From: Vermamoeba vermiformis | Taxonomy: Eukaryota | Direction of reading: 5' to 3' | DNA: 64,000 bases | Assembly: GCA_045837725.1 (NCBI GenBank) | Contig: JBEWZL010000049.1 | Span: forward strand, 1 to 64,000 | Shown: piece by piece, positions 63,820 to 64,000 of the stretch | How positions within the stretch are numbered: position 1 is the first letter of the stretch | Layout of the letters: every line of letters begins with the position of its first letter | Notes under the pieces: model-generated | What the model saw: the letters and a program-made list of their open reading frames with translations, nothing else | What the model was told of the DNA's origin: nothing | Database searches by the model: none | Program-made: the position numbers and the translations under genes

Positions 63820-64000
63820 CTATGCAATACAACATGTGAGTTCAATGCGCGAAAGTGCGAGAGCTGCAGATCCGGTGACAAAAAAATAAAATTGTTTTCA
63901 GGAGGTTTATGCTCTGATCACTGATAATCATAAATTAAGCCTCCTAATTTCATCATTAAACAATTTTATCGCCCCACGCGTGCGCGCAGGCAATAGAATG

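Noticed and set aside
1..64000. Prokaryotic-type systems (CRISPR arrays, operons, IS elements, prophage)
   Set aside because: The window is spliceosomal-intron-rich eukaryotic DNA, and no repeat-spacer array, transposase, integrase or RT motifs were seen.

Overview
Gene-dense, intron-rich eukaryotic nuclear DNA with GT-AG introns and an apparently standard genetic code. It is most consistent with a free-living, mitochondriate amoebozoan or similar protist; this is inferred from Entamoeba-TMK-like receptor kinases, a CRT-like transporter and two mitoribosomal protein genes. About 23 protein-coding genes were reconstructed by manual splicing. Housekeeping genes are calcineurin A, PIG-Y, mS41/Fyv4, Nup214, an ABHD1-3-like hydrolase, a TOM1/THH1-like 7TM protein, a FYVE-RING E3, a CRT-like transporter and uS9m. 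The accessory component includes five F-box(-like) genes with different partner modules, a tandem pair of propeller-Ig-TM-kinase receptors, a GPI-type subtilisin and cupredoxin, and a PA-domain multi-pass protein. The most notable candidates are: (i) a head-to-head pair of atypical large GTPases sharing a 318-bp spacer with three TCACGTG boxes; (ii) a ~200-nt multibranched structure antisense within an intron; (iii) a spliced AT-hook protein with an unrecognised globular domain; (iv) a recurrent GATC-core motif in introns. One region (32.3 kb) looks like an assembly artefact. No rRNA, convincing tRNA, CRISPR array or transposase was seen. Exon boundaries were read by eye, and no database searches were run.
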